In this document: piece after piece, positions 8,868-17,954 of the stretch
Numbering within the stretch: the first letter of the stretch is position 1
Layout: every line of letters begins with the position of its first letter
Source of the DNA: Chthonomonadaceae bacterium
GTDB taxonomy: Bacteria > Armatimonadota > Chthonomonadetes > Chthonomonadales > Chthonomonadaceae
Assembly (NCBI GenBank): GCA_043733205.1
Contig: JAYTGR010000124.1
Span: 1 to 39,303 of the forward strand
Direction: 5' to 3'
Length of the DNA stretch: 39,303 bases
The notes under the pieces: model-generated
Seen by the model: the letters and a program-made list of their open reading frames with translations, nothing else
Database searches by the model: none
What the model was told of the DNA's origin: nothing
Program-made: the position numbers and the translations under genes

Positions 8868-11297
8868 TTATTCTTTGCCAGCGTTCTGCGCCTGTTTGTA
8901 GAGAATATGGAGCTGCGAGGGCGTCACGGCCACGTATTCCGGCCCCAGCAGTTCCTGAATGCGCTTCAGATCGGAGAGTTTGGATCCCCAGTTCCAGATA
9001 AAGACGTTGGTGAAGGCGGGGCGCGCCGATCCGATGCGTTCCTTGATCTGAGCGGTAAGTTTCTCCGGTCCCGCATCCGCTCCAGTGATCGCGCGGAAGA
9101 CCGTCTGGTCACCCGGCAGATCGTAGGTCAGCTGACGGTAGGATTTGCCGCCGGAACTGCCGTAGTCGGGCGTCAGAAAGCGCACTCCCGGCATGAGGCG
9201 GGCGGCCTGCGCGATATCGGGCGCTTCGACATTCATAAGACGGATCGTGTGCATATCCAGGCGGCGCATATACAGGGCTGTCCACCGGTAAAACTCTGCG
9301 AATGCGCCTTCCCGATCCTTCAAAGAGGCTGCCCAGTCAGGGCCATAGATGTAGCCAATGCCTGAGACATCACACAGAAACTCGTCGTTGGGTGTCGCGT
9401 GATCGTAGTACCAGCGCGCCCAGACTGGCGCGTTGTCGATCAGCGACGGACCCATGCCCCAGCCGATGGGAATGGTTCCATGCAACGGGTCTTCGAAATA
9501 GGTCCGGAAGTAGTCCCTCCAGGTGCAGAGGTTGTCGCCATCCGACATCGTGAAGCAGAAGTAGACCTTGCTGCGATCGAGGGCAGGAGGCGGGGCCTGC
9601 GGCTTCTGCTGGAGAGTGGGCTGCGGCGCGCCGCTGAATACCGAGAAGTTCGCCACGTAGTCGCTGACAATGGTCACTTTGCCGAAGCGACTGCCCAGGG
9701 AGACACCGGGGCCTTCGTTGATCCCGATATCCTCTCCGTGCCACCAGAATCCACGCACGACCGCTCCCAGTGGCATCGCCGCCAGAATCGCCTTCACTTC
9801 AGAGATCTCCTCGGGGCCTCTCGCGCCCGGCAGGTTCTGCGCCTTCGTTCCGGTAATCCAGAAAACAAGCCCCTTGGCGGCGATGATCTGATCCAGCGCA
9901 CCCGCATCGAAGATGGCTGGGTCGAGCGAGCAGGCCAGATAGGGGTTGAGGCGCGGCTGAAGGCTGGTGCGCACGTAGCGCAAAGCCTCGATGTCAGATT
10001 TGAATTTGCCGCGCAGGTCGGCTTTGATCGGCAGTTTGAGCCGATGTGCGAGCGCTGGCGTGGCCATGAGGAGATCATCCAGTCCGGCGATGCAGGCTGC
10101 TACACAGGGGGTGAGATAGACCTTGGGGTCGGAGACGACGGCTCCGCGCGCACTGCTTCGGAACTGCTCCACCAAACTCAGGGGGTCCGCCACCGGAATC
10201 GGCGCATCCGTCACTCCCTGGCGGCGCATCTCGTCCAGCCAGAACGTGTCCCCATCCCTCAGAATCAGGTAGATGCGCGGCTGCATACGGTTGACCAGCC
10301 CCTGCAATGAGAGCAGGAGAACTCGCTCGTCTGGGGTCAGATGCCGCAGGTCCGCAACATACAGATGCCGTGCGGGCGGCGGCATCTTCGGCTGAAAAGT
10401 GGGGTAGGGACGGGGCATGCTGGGCAGAACGACATCGTTGTACACAGGCGGCTTCGGAATACGCGTGAGGCGGGCGTAACCGGCCTGACGCTGTGGGACG
10501 GAGAGCAGCCCTTTCTGCTGCAGTGCGAACAGCGTGCCGCGCAGAAGCAGCTGATCGGTGAACCAGGATTCCAGATCTCCGTTCGGGCCGTGCTGCGTCC
10601 AGACATCGACTGCGCCTTTGTAAGGCGCAGTATGATGCAGTACGATAGCGACAGCAGGCCGCCGCGCGTCTCCAATCACCGGGATCACGACATCCCCGGC
10701 CGGCAGCGAGCCAGGGTCGAGGCGCTGGGCATGAGCATAAGCATTTGGATTGGAAAGGAGCGGGCCGATGCCGAGCGGATCGCTGGGAGATACAGTCGGC
10801 ATCGTATCCTTTTCCGAGTCGGTAAAGCCGCTGACGCCGATGCCGTGCGGGCCGAACAGCGCCGCTTCCTGGCGATGTCCCAGATCCCGCCACTCTCCCG
10901 AAGCCGTGCGCGCGACCGGATGCGTGAAGGGAATACCGGAAAGGATCAGCGCACCCCCCGCCTGATGAAAAGCCCGCATCGCAGCGAAAGCCTTATCCGG
11001 ATAGGTATTGCCGTAAGGAAGCACCAGCGCGGCGAATGCCGCAGCGTTGAAGCGCTTTGTATCGGCCAGGGCGTCCTCCCCCAGCAGTTCCGCCTGCACT
11101 CCGGTCTCCCGCAGATGACGCACGAGTTCAGGAGGCGATGTCTGCGAATTCACGCCGAAGTAGGGAAACCCTGGCTCATAGAATACTGCGACCCGAGGCT
11201 GCTTTGAAACCCCTTGCGCGGATACGTCTGCCCTGGAAAGAATCAGAGAGATGGAGAGCAGTACCGAGGCGAGAAAAACAAAACTCTTGTTATGCAT
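8868..11297 (-). CDS. Secreted GxGYxYP-family putative glycoside hydrolase.
   Basis: Lies in ORF 8868..11327(-). I chose the start MHNKSFVFLASVLLSISLILSRADVSAQG (signal peptide) at 11297. The C-terminal half has FCFTMSDGDNLCTW and VSGIGYIYGP, which is the GxGYxY motif. The N-terminal part is GATase1-like or beta-galactosidase-trimerisation-like (VAVFYEPGFPYFG, LVLPYGNTYP). Confidence 0.7.
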   Translation of the reverse strand: MHNKSFVFLASVLLSISLILSRADVSAQGVSKQPRVAVFYEPGFPYFGVNSQTSPPELVRHLRETGVQAELLGEDALADTKRFNAAAFAALVLPYGNTYPDKAFAAMRAFHQAGGALILSGIPFTHPVARTASGEWRDLGHRQEAALFGPHGIGVSGFTDSEKDTMPTVSPSDPLGIGPLLSNPNAYAHAQRLDPGSLPAGDVVIPVIGDARRPAVAIVLHHTAPYKGAVDVWTQHGPNGDLESWFTDQLLLRGTLFALQQKGLLSVPQRQAGYARLTRIPKPPVYNDVVLPSMPRPYPTFQPKMPPPARHLYVADLRHLTPDERVLLLSLQGLVNRMQPRIYLILRDGDTFWLDEMRRQGVTDAPIPVADPLSLVEQFRSSARGAVVSDPKVYLTPCVAACIAGLDDLLMATPALAHRLKLPIKADLRGKFKSDIEALRYVRTSLQPRLNPYLACSLDPAIFDAGALDQIIAAKGLVFWITGTKAQNLPGARGPEEISEVKAILAAMPLGAVVRGFWWHGEDIGINEGPGVSLGSRFGKVTIVSDYVANFSVFSGAPQPTLQQKPQAPPPALDRSKVYFCFTMSDGDNLCTWRDYFRTYFEDPLHGTIPIGWGMGPSLIDNAPVWARWYYDHATPNDEFLCDVSGIGYIYGPDWAASLKDREGAFAEFYRWTALYMRRLDMHTIRLMNVEAPDIAQAARLMPGVRFLTPDYGSSGGKSYRQLTYDLPGDQTVFRAITGADAGPEKLTAQIKERIGSARPAFTNVFIWNWGSKLSDLKRIQELLGPEYVAVTPSQLHILYKQAQNAGKE

Positions 11298-11421
11298 AAT
11301 GCGCCCATTATACCCTTGTAACATCATTCTGCAAATGAGGAAGCGAAAGAGCTGTCACTTTAGAGACGAAGCTTCGTATAAAGGGGAGACATCATCTTCT
11401 GCCGTTGATAAGGGGATTGCC

Positions 11422-12396
11422 ATGCAGCGTATCTATCCGCTTTCGGCTCTGGTTCTTCTGGGGCCTGTTCTCGCCGCAGGATGCAGTGGGAACGATTCCT
11501 GCTGCTCCTCGTCCTCCAAGGCGACTGCCAGACAGCGCGCCGTCGCCACGATGCGAATCACCCGCGCGACGCTCTCCGTAGCGGGCTTCGCGCGTCGGGA
11601 AACCCGGGCCGCCGCAGTCCCTATGGGAAATCGAGTCGGGCTCTGGCTGAACGCGATTCGGCACGGCCGCACCGCCTCCCCGACCCCCGCACCCACCACT
11701 CCGGCTCTCGACGCCGATACGGGCCTCTACTACACGATTACTGTTAATACGGATGGTTCCGGCCAGCAGGATCTCTTTGTAGACAGCGCTCTGCAGAAAA
11801 CGGCGGGCGCTTTCACCTGGACTGCACCGCAGTGGACCGCCGATCAGCCGGGAAACTATCCGGCGACCTTCCAGACGGTCTTTCAGATTACCGCCGGGGC
11901 GTTCGCCGGCGAACACGGCACGATCGCGGTCACGGCGGACGATGTGACCGGCAGTAACGGCACGCTGACCATCGACCTGACCGACTCCGAAAAAGAACAC
12001 TGCGTCTCCGACTTCACCATTACCAACGGCGTTCTCAAGGCGAAAGCCCACTGCACCTTCGCGGATAACACCAGCTGCGATGAGATCTATGCCGGGGTCG
12101 CGGATGTTATCAGCTGCACCACGACCTATCCCGACGGCGGCACCCAGGACATCAGCGTGAATCCCGACGGCAGTGCGACCGAAACGGTCAACAGCCCTGC
12201 CGGACAGCCGGAAGCGACCGGCACGGTCGATCCCAGCGGCAGCGATACGATTCAGTACGACGACGGCTCCTCGGAAACCGTCAATGTCGACCCAAATACC
12301 AGCGGCACCGATACATCGACTGCCTCCTCCGTCAAACGGGCCGCGAAACGCGTTTTCTCGTTTCCACCGCTCAACGGCCCCCGAAAAAACAGATAG
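11422..12396 (+). CDS. Lipoprotein of unknown function.
   Basis: Internal start of ORF 11251..12396, reading MQRIYPLSALVLLGPVLAAGCSGN (lipobox LAAGC), preceded by AAGGGG. The T/D/G-rich C-terminal region has no recognisable domain. Confidence 0.6.
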   Translation: MQRIYPLSALVLLGPVLAAGCSGNDSCCSSSSKATARQRAVATMRITRATLSVAGFARRETRAAAVPMGNRVGLWLNAIRHGRTASPTPAPTTPALDADTGLYYTITVNTDGSGQQDLFVDSALQKTAGAFTWTAPQWTADQPGNYPATFQTVFQITAGAFAGEHGTIAVTADDVTGSNGTLTIDLTDSEKEHCVSDFTITNGVLKAKAHCTFADNTSCDEIYAGVADVISCTTTYPDGGTQDISVNPDGSATETVNSPAGQPEATGTVDPSGSDTIQYDDGSSETVNVDPNTSGTDTSTASSVKRAAKRVFSFPPLNGPRKNR

Positions 12397-12522
12397 CCGA
12401 TTCCGGCAGCCCTCCCGCTTCGGCTACAGACCGCGCCCTCGAACCCGATCGACTTTACGCCGCTGTCCATCAGGAGTTCCCATCCTGCAAATCTAGTAAA
12501 TCCTGTCATGAAAGCGCTTTTT

Positions 12523-13809
12523 TCAGTTTCGGCTGGCCTCAGTCAGTCCTGCGTCCAGGGCGGCGATCAGTTCGTCCACATGGTTCCGGTCGGCGATCAG
12601 CGGCATTCCTGTACGGATGACGCTGGCATGCATCCCGCCTTTTCCGATCAGGACGCCGCGCCGCTTGGTCTCCTCGAAAACCGCGAGAACCGCCTGCGGA
12701 TGAGGTTCTTTGGTCGCGCGGTCCTTCACCAGCTCCAGACCCTGCATCAGACCCATCCCGCGCACATCGCCGACGATAGAATGCTTCTCCTTCAGACCCT
12801 CCAGCCCTGCCCTGAGATAGCTCCCGACTTCCGCCGAGTTCCGGCGCAGGTCGTCCTCCTCGATGACCTTGATGACCGCAAGGGCTGCCGCTGTCGAGAC
12901 AGGATTGCCGCCGAAGGTCGCGAAAGTATTGCCCGTATAGCTGTCTGCGACCTCAGGGGTCGCGATGGTGAGGCCGATGGGCGTGCCGTTCCCCATGCCC
13001 TTCGCCGAAGTGAGGATGTCCGGCTCCACGTCCCAGTGCTCGATACCGAACCATTTGTCTCCCGTACGGCCCCAGCCTGTCTGCACCTCGTCGCTGATAA
13101 ACAGCCCGCCGTGCCTCCGGGCGATCTCTACGGCGCGCTCGAAGTAGCCGGGCGGCGGGACGATGAACCCGCCGACGCCAAGCACGGTTTCGGACATAAA
13201 GGCGGCGATCTCCCCGGTAGTCGTCGTCTGTATCAGCTCTTCGATGTCGTCCGCGCAGGCGAGGCCGCAGGTGGGATAGGTCATCTTGAAGGGGCAGCGG
13301 TAGCAGTAGGGCGCGTGGGCGTGAACCATCCCGGTAACTTCTGCAGCCAGCGGCCGCCAGGTATGATTGCCCGTGGCGGCAAGCGCCGTGGCGGACCGGC
13401 CGCTGTAGCCGTGGCGCAGGACGACGATCTCCTGCCGGCCCGTAAACCTTTTGGCCGCCATGATCGCGGTGTCGTTCGCCTCGGTGCCGGTGCTGGTGAA
13501 AAACGACTTCTTCAGCCGTCCGGGAGTGATCTCTGCGAGCTTTGCCGCGAGATCGGACTGATTCGGATGGGCGTAGAGGGCGGAGGTATGCGAGAGCCGC
13601 TGCGTCTGTTCTACGACGGCCTTCACGACTGTCGGATTCGCATGGCCTACACTGACAGTGAGCACCCCGCCGAAGCAGTCGAGATAGCGATCCCCCTCTT
13701 CGTCCCAGACATACATTCCCTCGCCCCGCACGAGCGCCAGCGGCTCCCGGTAGAAGGTCGCAACTGCCGGAAAGAGGAACTCACGATGTTTGCGGACGGT
13801 TTCGGACAT
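12523..13809 (-). CDS. Class-III PLP-dependent aminotransferase (aspartate aminotransferase superfamily).
   Basis: 428 aa. Motifs: GEGMYVWDEEGDRYLDCFGG, TGTEANDTA, FISDEVQTGWGRTG and TSAKGMGNG (PLP Lys). Confidence 0.9.
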   Translation of the reverse strand: MSETVRKHREFLFPAVATFYREPLALVRGEGMYVWDEEGDRYLDCFGGVLTVSVGHANPTVVKAVVEQTQRLSHTSALYAHPNQSDLAAKLAEITPGRLKKSFFTSTGTEANDTAIMAAKRFTGRQEIVVLRHGYSGRSATALAATGNHTWRPLAAEVTGMVHAHAPYCYRCPFKMTYPTCGLACADDIEELIQTTTTGEIAAFMSETVLGVGGFIVPPPGYFERAVEIARRHGGLFISDEVQTGWGRTGDKWFGIEHWDVEPDILTSAKGMGNGTPIGLTIATPEVADSYTGNTFATFGGNPVSTAAALAVIKVIEEDDLRRNSAEVGSYLRAGLEGLKEKHSIVGDVRGMGLMQGLELVKDRATKEPHPQAVLAVFEETKRRGVLIGKGGMHASVIRTGMPLIADRNHVDELIAALDAGLTEASRN

Positions 13810-13947
13810 GCTTCTCGATCCTTTTGTAAAAAATTTGTGGCTGGCGGCCGGTATAGGCTCACGATACGGTTATTCTGTGGGGGGATAGGCGGTCGGCAGA
13901 ACTGTAGGCAGAGAGCTGCGCAGGCGCAAATTCTCTCTGCATTACGG

Positions 13948-13993
13948 AAAAACCTCTCTCGTTTTCCTCAGAAAAGAAAACAGGAGAGGTTTT
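13948..13993 (-). terminator. Probable rho-independent terminator of the 14083..14673 gene.
   Basis: Imperfect hairpin AAAACCTCTCTCGTTTTC ... GAAAACAGGAGAGGTTTT. On the minus strand it is followed by a TTTTTCC tract. It lies about 90 nt downstream of the stop at 14083. Confidence 0.45.
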
Positions 13994-14082
13994 CAGAAAT
14001 TTCTCAGCCGATACTCTGCGCCGTTAAGGGGAGAAGCGCTCCGTATTTCGGGCGGCAAGCAAACAGCGATGCGGGAAGAGAG

Positions 14083-14673
14083 CTACCGTCGCGCGCCCGT
14101 CTTGCCGGCGACGAACTGCAGACCCGTGTTTGCCGCCTGCATCGCCATATTGCCGAATTCGGCGGCGTCATTCATATGGCCGCCCGAATCCTTGCCGAGC
14201 GACTGGAGCTGCTGCATACCTTGTTGGAGCAGCTGCATACCCTGCTGCATCTGCGCATTGCTCGCCGCGATCTGGGACGACGAGTATTTCGACAGCGCCA
14301 TATTGCGGCCCTTCGGAATCTGGGCGGCGCGTACTGAGGCCGTCTGGCGCTGCCCCATGCCTCCATTGACCGAATTTGTGGTGCCGGTCGCGGCCTCGCG
14401 GATCTCTTTGGCCGACAGCTTTGCCAGCTCGATGGCGCGATGCCGATGCCCGTCGTAGATAGGAAGCGCGCTTTCCATGATCTTGGCGGCGTTCTCGAAC
14501 GTCGTGTAAACGCCGACAAGCTGAGAATTGGCCTGTCGCCCACCAGCGCCGTGATGGGGACCGGGGTGTGGCCTGACCACACGCTGGGACTCGGACTGGA
14601 TACCAATGAAAGATATTGCGGCGACGGCTGCTGCCGTCAGATACCAGGATTTGCAGAGGCGTTTCGGACCCAT
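14083..14673 (-). CDS. Small secreted Q/M-rich protein of unknown function.
   Basis: Start at 14673 (MGPKRLCKSWYLTAAAVAAISFIG, signal-like) preceded by AAGGAGAG. The C-terminal part has low complexity (NAQMQQGMQLLQQGMQQLQSLG). It is divergent from the operon at 14843. Confidence 0.55.
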   Translation of the reverse strand: MGPKRLCKSWYLTAAAVAAISFIGIQSESQRVVRPHPGPHHGAGGRQANSQLVGVYTTFENAAKIMESALPIYDGHRHRAIELAKLSAKEIREAATGTTNSVNGGMGQRQTASVRAAQIPKGRNMALSKYSSSQIAASNAQMQQGMQLLQQGMQQLQSLGKDSGGHMNDAAEFGNMAMQAANTGLQFVAGKTGARR

Positions 14674-14842
14674 AGTAAAAATCTCTCCTTCGCTAAAACG
14701 AAATTTACATCGGCACATGACCGATCCACTTCACTGGAATCCGAGACGATCCGATTTGGAGAATGTTCAATAGCTGCAAAGGACGCAGGAGAAAATTTCT
14801 GCTGTGGCGAAATAAGGGAGAAATAGTTAAGGAGGCAGGGTA

Positions 14843-15598
14843 TTGAATCTGGATAGGGCGCTGCAGGAACATGAGGAGCAGGTAGATGCTCTGCTGAAGA
14901 GTGCGAACAAGTATGTCGGGGCATTGAAGGCCTGGAAAAAGGCCTGTCAGATAGGGCATATCGGGAACCTGCAAAAAGCGGCGATGCAGGCCGGAGACTT
15001 GAGCGCTCTGCTGCCCGAAACGACCTCTGAAACGAAGAGCGCCTGGGATTTCGACATACGGGACTATCTCGAAACGGATGCCTGGCTGAAGGAGCTGCAG
15101 GCGGCTGCGGCGGAGCACTTCAGCCTGCGTACGCTCGAAGACGATGAGACGCTGATCTCCTCTCCGATCACAGTCCGCGCCCAGCCGGCGCGGAGCACTC
15201 TGGCGCTCGGCAAAGTCAACTGGCCTGCGATCCGTCCGAAAGTAGTTGCTGCCGAACTCAAGCGCCTGAGAGACCGCACTGCCGGCGCCAACTCGCAGGA
15301 GTTTGCCGAAAGCCTCTACGGTGCGTGCGTGCATCTGAGCAGTCAGAACGATCCCCATGCGCGCTTCCGCGACATCTATGACGTGTTCTGCCTGACACCC
15401 GGATACAAGAAAGAGAACCCGCCTGCCGCGTTCGGACAGCAGCTCTATGCCCTGCATCGGTCCGAAATCAAACGGACACGCGCGGGGCGCAGATTCGAGA
15501 TCGAGTATGCCACCGGCAGCTACAAAGAGAAAGACGTCTTTACCGTTCTCTCCGAAGACGGCCGCCCCATCCGCTACTTCAACATCTTCTTCAAATAG
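14843..15598 (+). CDS. Hypothetical protein, first gene of the BrxD-like/SNF2 operon.
   Basis: 251 aa. TTG start 7 nt after a perfect AAGGAGG (14829-14835). The N-terminal ~95 aa look helical or coiled-coil (LDRALQEHEEQVDALLKSANKYVGALKAWKKA...). The C-terminal half has basic patches (KRLRDR, IKRTRAGRRFEIEY). I recognise no domain. The next gene starts 17 nt after its stop. Confidence 0.7.
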   Translation: MNLDRALQEHEEQVDALLKSANKYVGALKAWKKACQIGHIGNLQKAAMQAGDLSALLPETTSETKSAWDFDIRDYLETDAWLKELQAAAAEHFSLRTLEDDETLISSPITVRAQPARSTLALGKVNWPAIRPKVVAAELKRLRDRTAGANSQEFAESLYGACVHLSSQNDPHARFRDIYDVFCLTPGYKKENPPAAFGQQLYALHRSEIKRTRAGRRFEIEYATGSYKEKDVFTVLSEDGRPIRYFNIFFK

Positions 15599-15615
15599 AC
15601 AAGGAACCTCATCAG

Positions 15616-16728
15616 ATGGCAGATACGCTTCCCGCCTTGTCGCTGGAGGACTGGCTGGCGACGATAGAGTACGAGTATTTGGCGGACTATATCCGGTCGG
15701 GCGGTTCGGCGGTCAAAGTCATTTCGGGATCGGATGCGCAGCTGCAGCGAGTCACCGCCCGTGTGCAGGAGATGGCCGCTTCCGCGGACTATTTTACGGC
15801 CCATCTCGACCCAGCGGTGCCGGATAAGATGGGCAAACGCCCTGATCTCCACCGCATTGATCGCTTCTTCTTTCAGGTCACGCAGGAGGTCGATTGGAAA
15901 GCCTGGGCCGCCATGCAGGCGCAGCAGTATCTGGAAAGCCGGGGTATCCATCTGGCCGCAGGCCGCGCGCTCGGCGACCTGGAACAGATCGCGCTCGACA
16001 ACGGTCGGGATCCACTGGACCTGCTCAACCAGTATCAGCGGGAACTGGCAACGCTGCAGATACGCGATCCTCGGCTTTCAATCGAGTTCCGTACCGCCGT
16101 CACCGCACTGGGGCGCGCACTGCTCATTCCCGATGCCGTCACACCGACGTCTGAAGAGGTGCTGCTGGGCTGGTTCGCCGGGCAGGCGCTGCCCGGTGCC
16201 TCCTCCGCACTGAAAAAGGTGCAGATCTACGAACGGATCAATCTCGCGAACGCACGCCCTATGCTGGTATCGTTCTGTCACTGGCTGCCGCAGACCGGTC
16301 ATGCCGGCCTGGTCGTCACTCTCGATTTTCGCCCCTATGAGTTCAAGAAGATCGCCAAGGGCAAGCGGCAGGCCGAGCAGCTGCAGAAGGTGCGGGACGC
16401 CCTCGTGCGCGGCGCCTCCTCGGAGGAGCTGACACTGTTGGCCCAGGAGCACGAAAGCGCGGAGCCGGAACTCTTCTACAGCGACGCCGCCTATATGCAG
16501 ATGCTGACGCTGATCCGGCGGTTCATCGACGAGATAGACCGGTTCGACCGGTTTCTCCTGGTGATCCTGACCAGTCCCAATTTCTACAAAGACAAGACGC
16601 TCGACCCGACCGTGAAGCGCTGTTATTTTGATTACGACGCACTGCAGACCCGCATCGGGCAGGAGGTGCATGACGCCCGTTATGCGAATCCCGCCGCATC
16701 GCTCGTGCAGCTGGGAGGCGCCGAATGA
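15616..16728 (+). CDS. BrxD/DUF2791-like protein with a degenerate (non-canonical) P-loop.
   Basis: 370 aa, with AAGGAA upstream. The N-terminal layout (DWLATIEYEYLADYIRSGGSAVKVISGSDAQL) resembles the region where DUF2791 ATPases carry GxxGxGKS/T, but the Lys-Ser/Thr is missing. The Walker-B-like strand GLVVTLDFRPYE lacks the DE pair. Its stop overlaps the next start (ATGA at 16725-16728). The family assignment is from memory of the DUF2791 pattern and has not been searched. Confidence 0.6.
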   Translation: MADTLPALSLEDWLATIEYEYLADYIRSGGSAVKVISGSDAQLQRVTARVQEMAASADYFTAHLDPAVPDKMGKRPDLHRIDRFFFQVTQEVDWKAWAAMQAQQYLESRGIHLAAGRALGDLEQIALDNGRDPLDLLNQYQRELATLQIRDPRLSIEFRTAVTALGRALLIPDAVTPTSEEVLLGWFAGQALPGASSALKKVQIYERINLANARPMLVSFCHWLPQTGHAGLVVTLDFRPYEFKKIAKGKRQAEQLQKVRDALVRGASSEELTLLAQEHESAEPELFYSDAAYMQMLTLIRRFIDEIDRFDRFLLVILTSPNFYKDKTLDPTVKRCYFDYDALQTRIGQEVHDARYANPAASLVQLGGAE

Positions 16729-17951
16729 ACCCGGAAATGGTTGAGGCGCGAAGCGCCATCGAATCGCTGCGTTCCGGGGTGCCAAGCCGAGACGTCGTCG
16801 CGCAGCTGGGAACGACGCAGCACGATGTGCGTGAGCGTTTCGAGGAGTCGCTGGATGCACTCGCGGCAGGCAAGGGCGTGAGCCCGATCCTCATTTCGGC
16901 GACCTTCGGCGCGGGCAAGACGCATCTGCTCAACTATCTGCAGACGATTGCAGAGCGGGAGGGGTTCGTCACCAGTTATGTCGTGATCAGCCCGGAGATG
17001 CCGTTGGGCAATGGGCATCTGGTCGTGAAAGCCCTCTCCGAAGCCGCCGCTGCACCGGGACAGACTGGGAAGGCGATACGCGCTCTGGCGGCAGGACTCC
17101 GTACCGATTCGGATGCCTACAAAGAGCTGCAGACCTGGGCGCGGAACGCGACGATAGACGACCGGTTCCGCGCACTGCTCCATCTCTACGAGGCCTTCCG
17201 CGCCGACGAAGAGTTTCGGGTGCAGATTCTCAACGACTTCGAGGGCCGCGCGATCCTGAAGACCATCCTCAAAAACCGTCTGAAGCAGATCAGTCAGGCC
17301 GCCGCCTACGATCTGAGCGGCCCGCGCAGCGCCTTTCTGGCCCATGACCGAGTCCGTCTGCTGGCACAGTTCTTCCGGGCAAGCGGCTGCAAGGGGTGGG
17401 TGGTGCTGTTCGATGAAATGGAGCGTGTCGCGAAGTTCTCGCTCAATCAGCGGCTGGCGGCCTACGCGGAACTGGGCTGGTGGCGCGAAGCAGCAGAAAT
17501 GGCCGGCAGTGCGCTCCTTCCGATCTTCACGACGGCCAGTGGCTTCATCACCGAGTCGGTCACGGGCGGCACACACGATGAGCAGCGGCTGAGTTCCGGC
17601 GGGTTCGGGCAGGACGAATACGATCGGCAGGCGCGGTATGGGATCGACCTGCTCAAAGCGCCCTATCGACTGGAATCGCCGACACAGGAGCAGGAAAAGG
17701 AGATCGAATACCGGGTCAAAGCGATCTACGAAGCGGCGTACGGCGTGACAGTCCCTCTGCTGCGGGAAGCGCGCGCGGATGTCCGCACCTCGATCCGCTC
17801 GGAGATGCGCCGCTGGATCACCCTGTGGGATCTGCACCGTTACTACCCGTCTTATCAGGCGGAAGTGAGCGTAGAGACGATGCATTTCGACCCGACTGCC
17901 ATCGCCGACACGGACATCGTGCCGGACGAAGAAGACGAAACGCGGGAGTAG
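16725..17951 (+). CDS. BrxD/DUF2791-family P-loop ATPase.
   Basis: 408 aa. Family-typical N-terminus AIESLRSGVPSRDVVAQLGTTQHDVRERF. Walker A SATFGAGKTHLLNYL (about 16908-16925). Walker B GWVVLFDEMERV (about 17400-17423). GGGAGG lies 7 nt upstream of the ATG. Confidence 0.8.
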   Translation: MNPEMVEARSAIESLRSGVPSRDVVAQLGTTQHDVRERFEESLDALAAGKGVSPILISATFGAGKTHLLNYLQTIAEREGFVTSYVVISPEMPLGNGHLVVKALSEAAAAPGQTGKAIRALAAGLRTDSDAYKELQTWARNATIDDRFRALLHLYEAFRADEEFRVQILNDFEGRAILKTILKNRLKQISQAAAYDLSGPRSAFLAHDRVRLLAQFFRASGCKGWVVLFDEMERVAKFSLNQRLAAYAELGWWREAAEMAGSALLPIFTTASGFITESVTGGTHDEQRLSSGGFGQDEYDRQARYGIDLLKAPYRLESPTQEQEKEIEYRVKAIYEAAYGVTVPLLREARADVRTSIRSEMRRWITLWDLHRYYPSYQAEVSVETMHFDPTAIADTDIVPDEEDETRE

Positions 17952-17954
17952 CCT

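Noticed and set aside
9399-11207. Plus-strand ORFs 9399..10310 and 10341..11207, and minus ORF 10075..10893 in another frame.
   Set aside because: They overlap the GxGYxYP gene, whose frame has a signal peptide and family motifs. The alternatives are Arg/Gly-rich.
14200-14260. Short tandem-like nucleotide repeats (GCAGCTGCATACC…).
   Set aside because: They encode the repeated QQGMQ(L)LQ peptide of the small secreted protein on the minus strand. They are not a CRISPR or a non-coding repeat array.
12508-14337. 609-aa plus-strand ORF spanning the aminotransferase and the neighbouring gene.
   Set aside because: It is antisense to the class-III aminotransferase (PLP motifs present on the minus strand). 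It also crosses an intergenic region containing a terminator-like hairpin.
14674-14842. Promoter or operator for the five-gene operon in the 170-nt divergent intergenic region.
   Set aside because: Only weak -35/-10 matches were found (for example TTCAAT...GAAAAT), and no convincing palindromic operator. This is too weak to annotate without TSS data.
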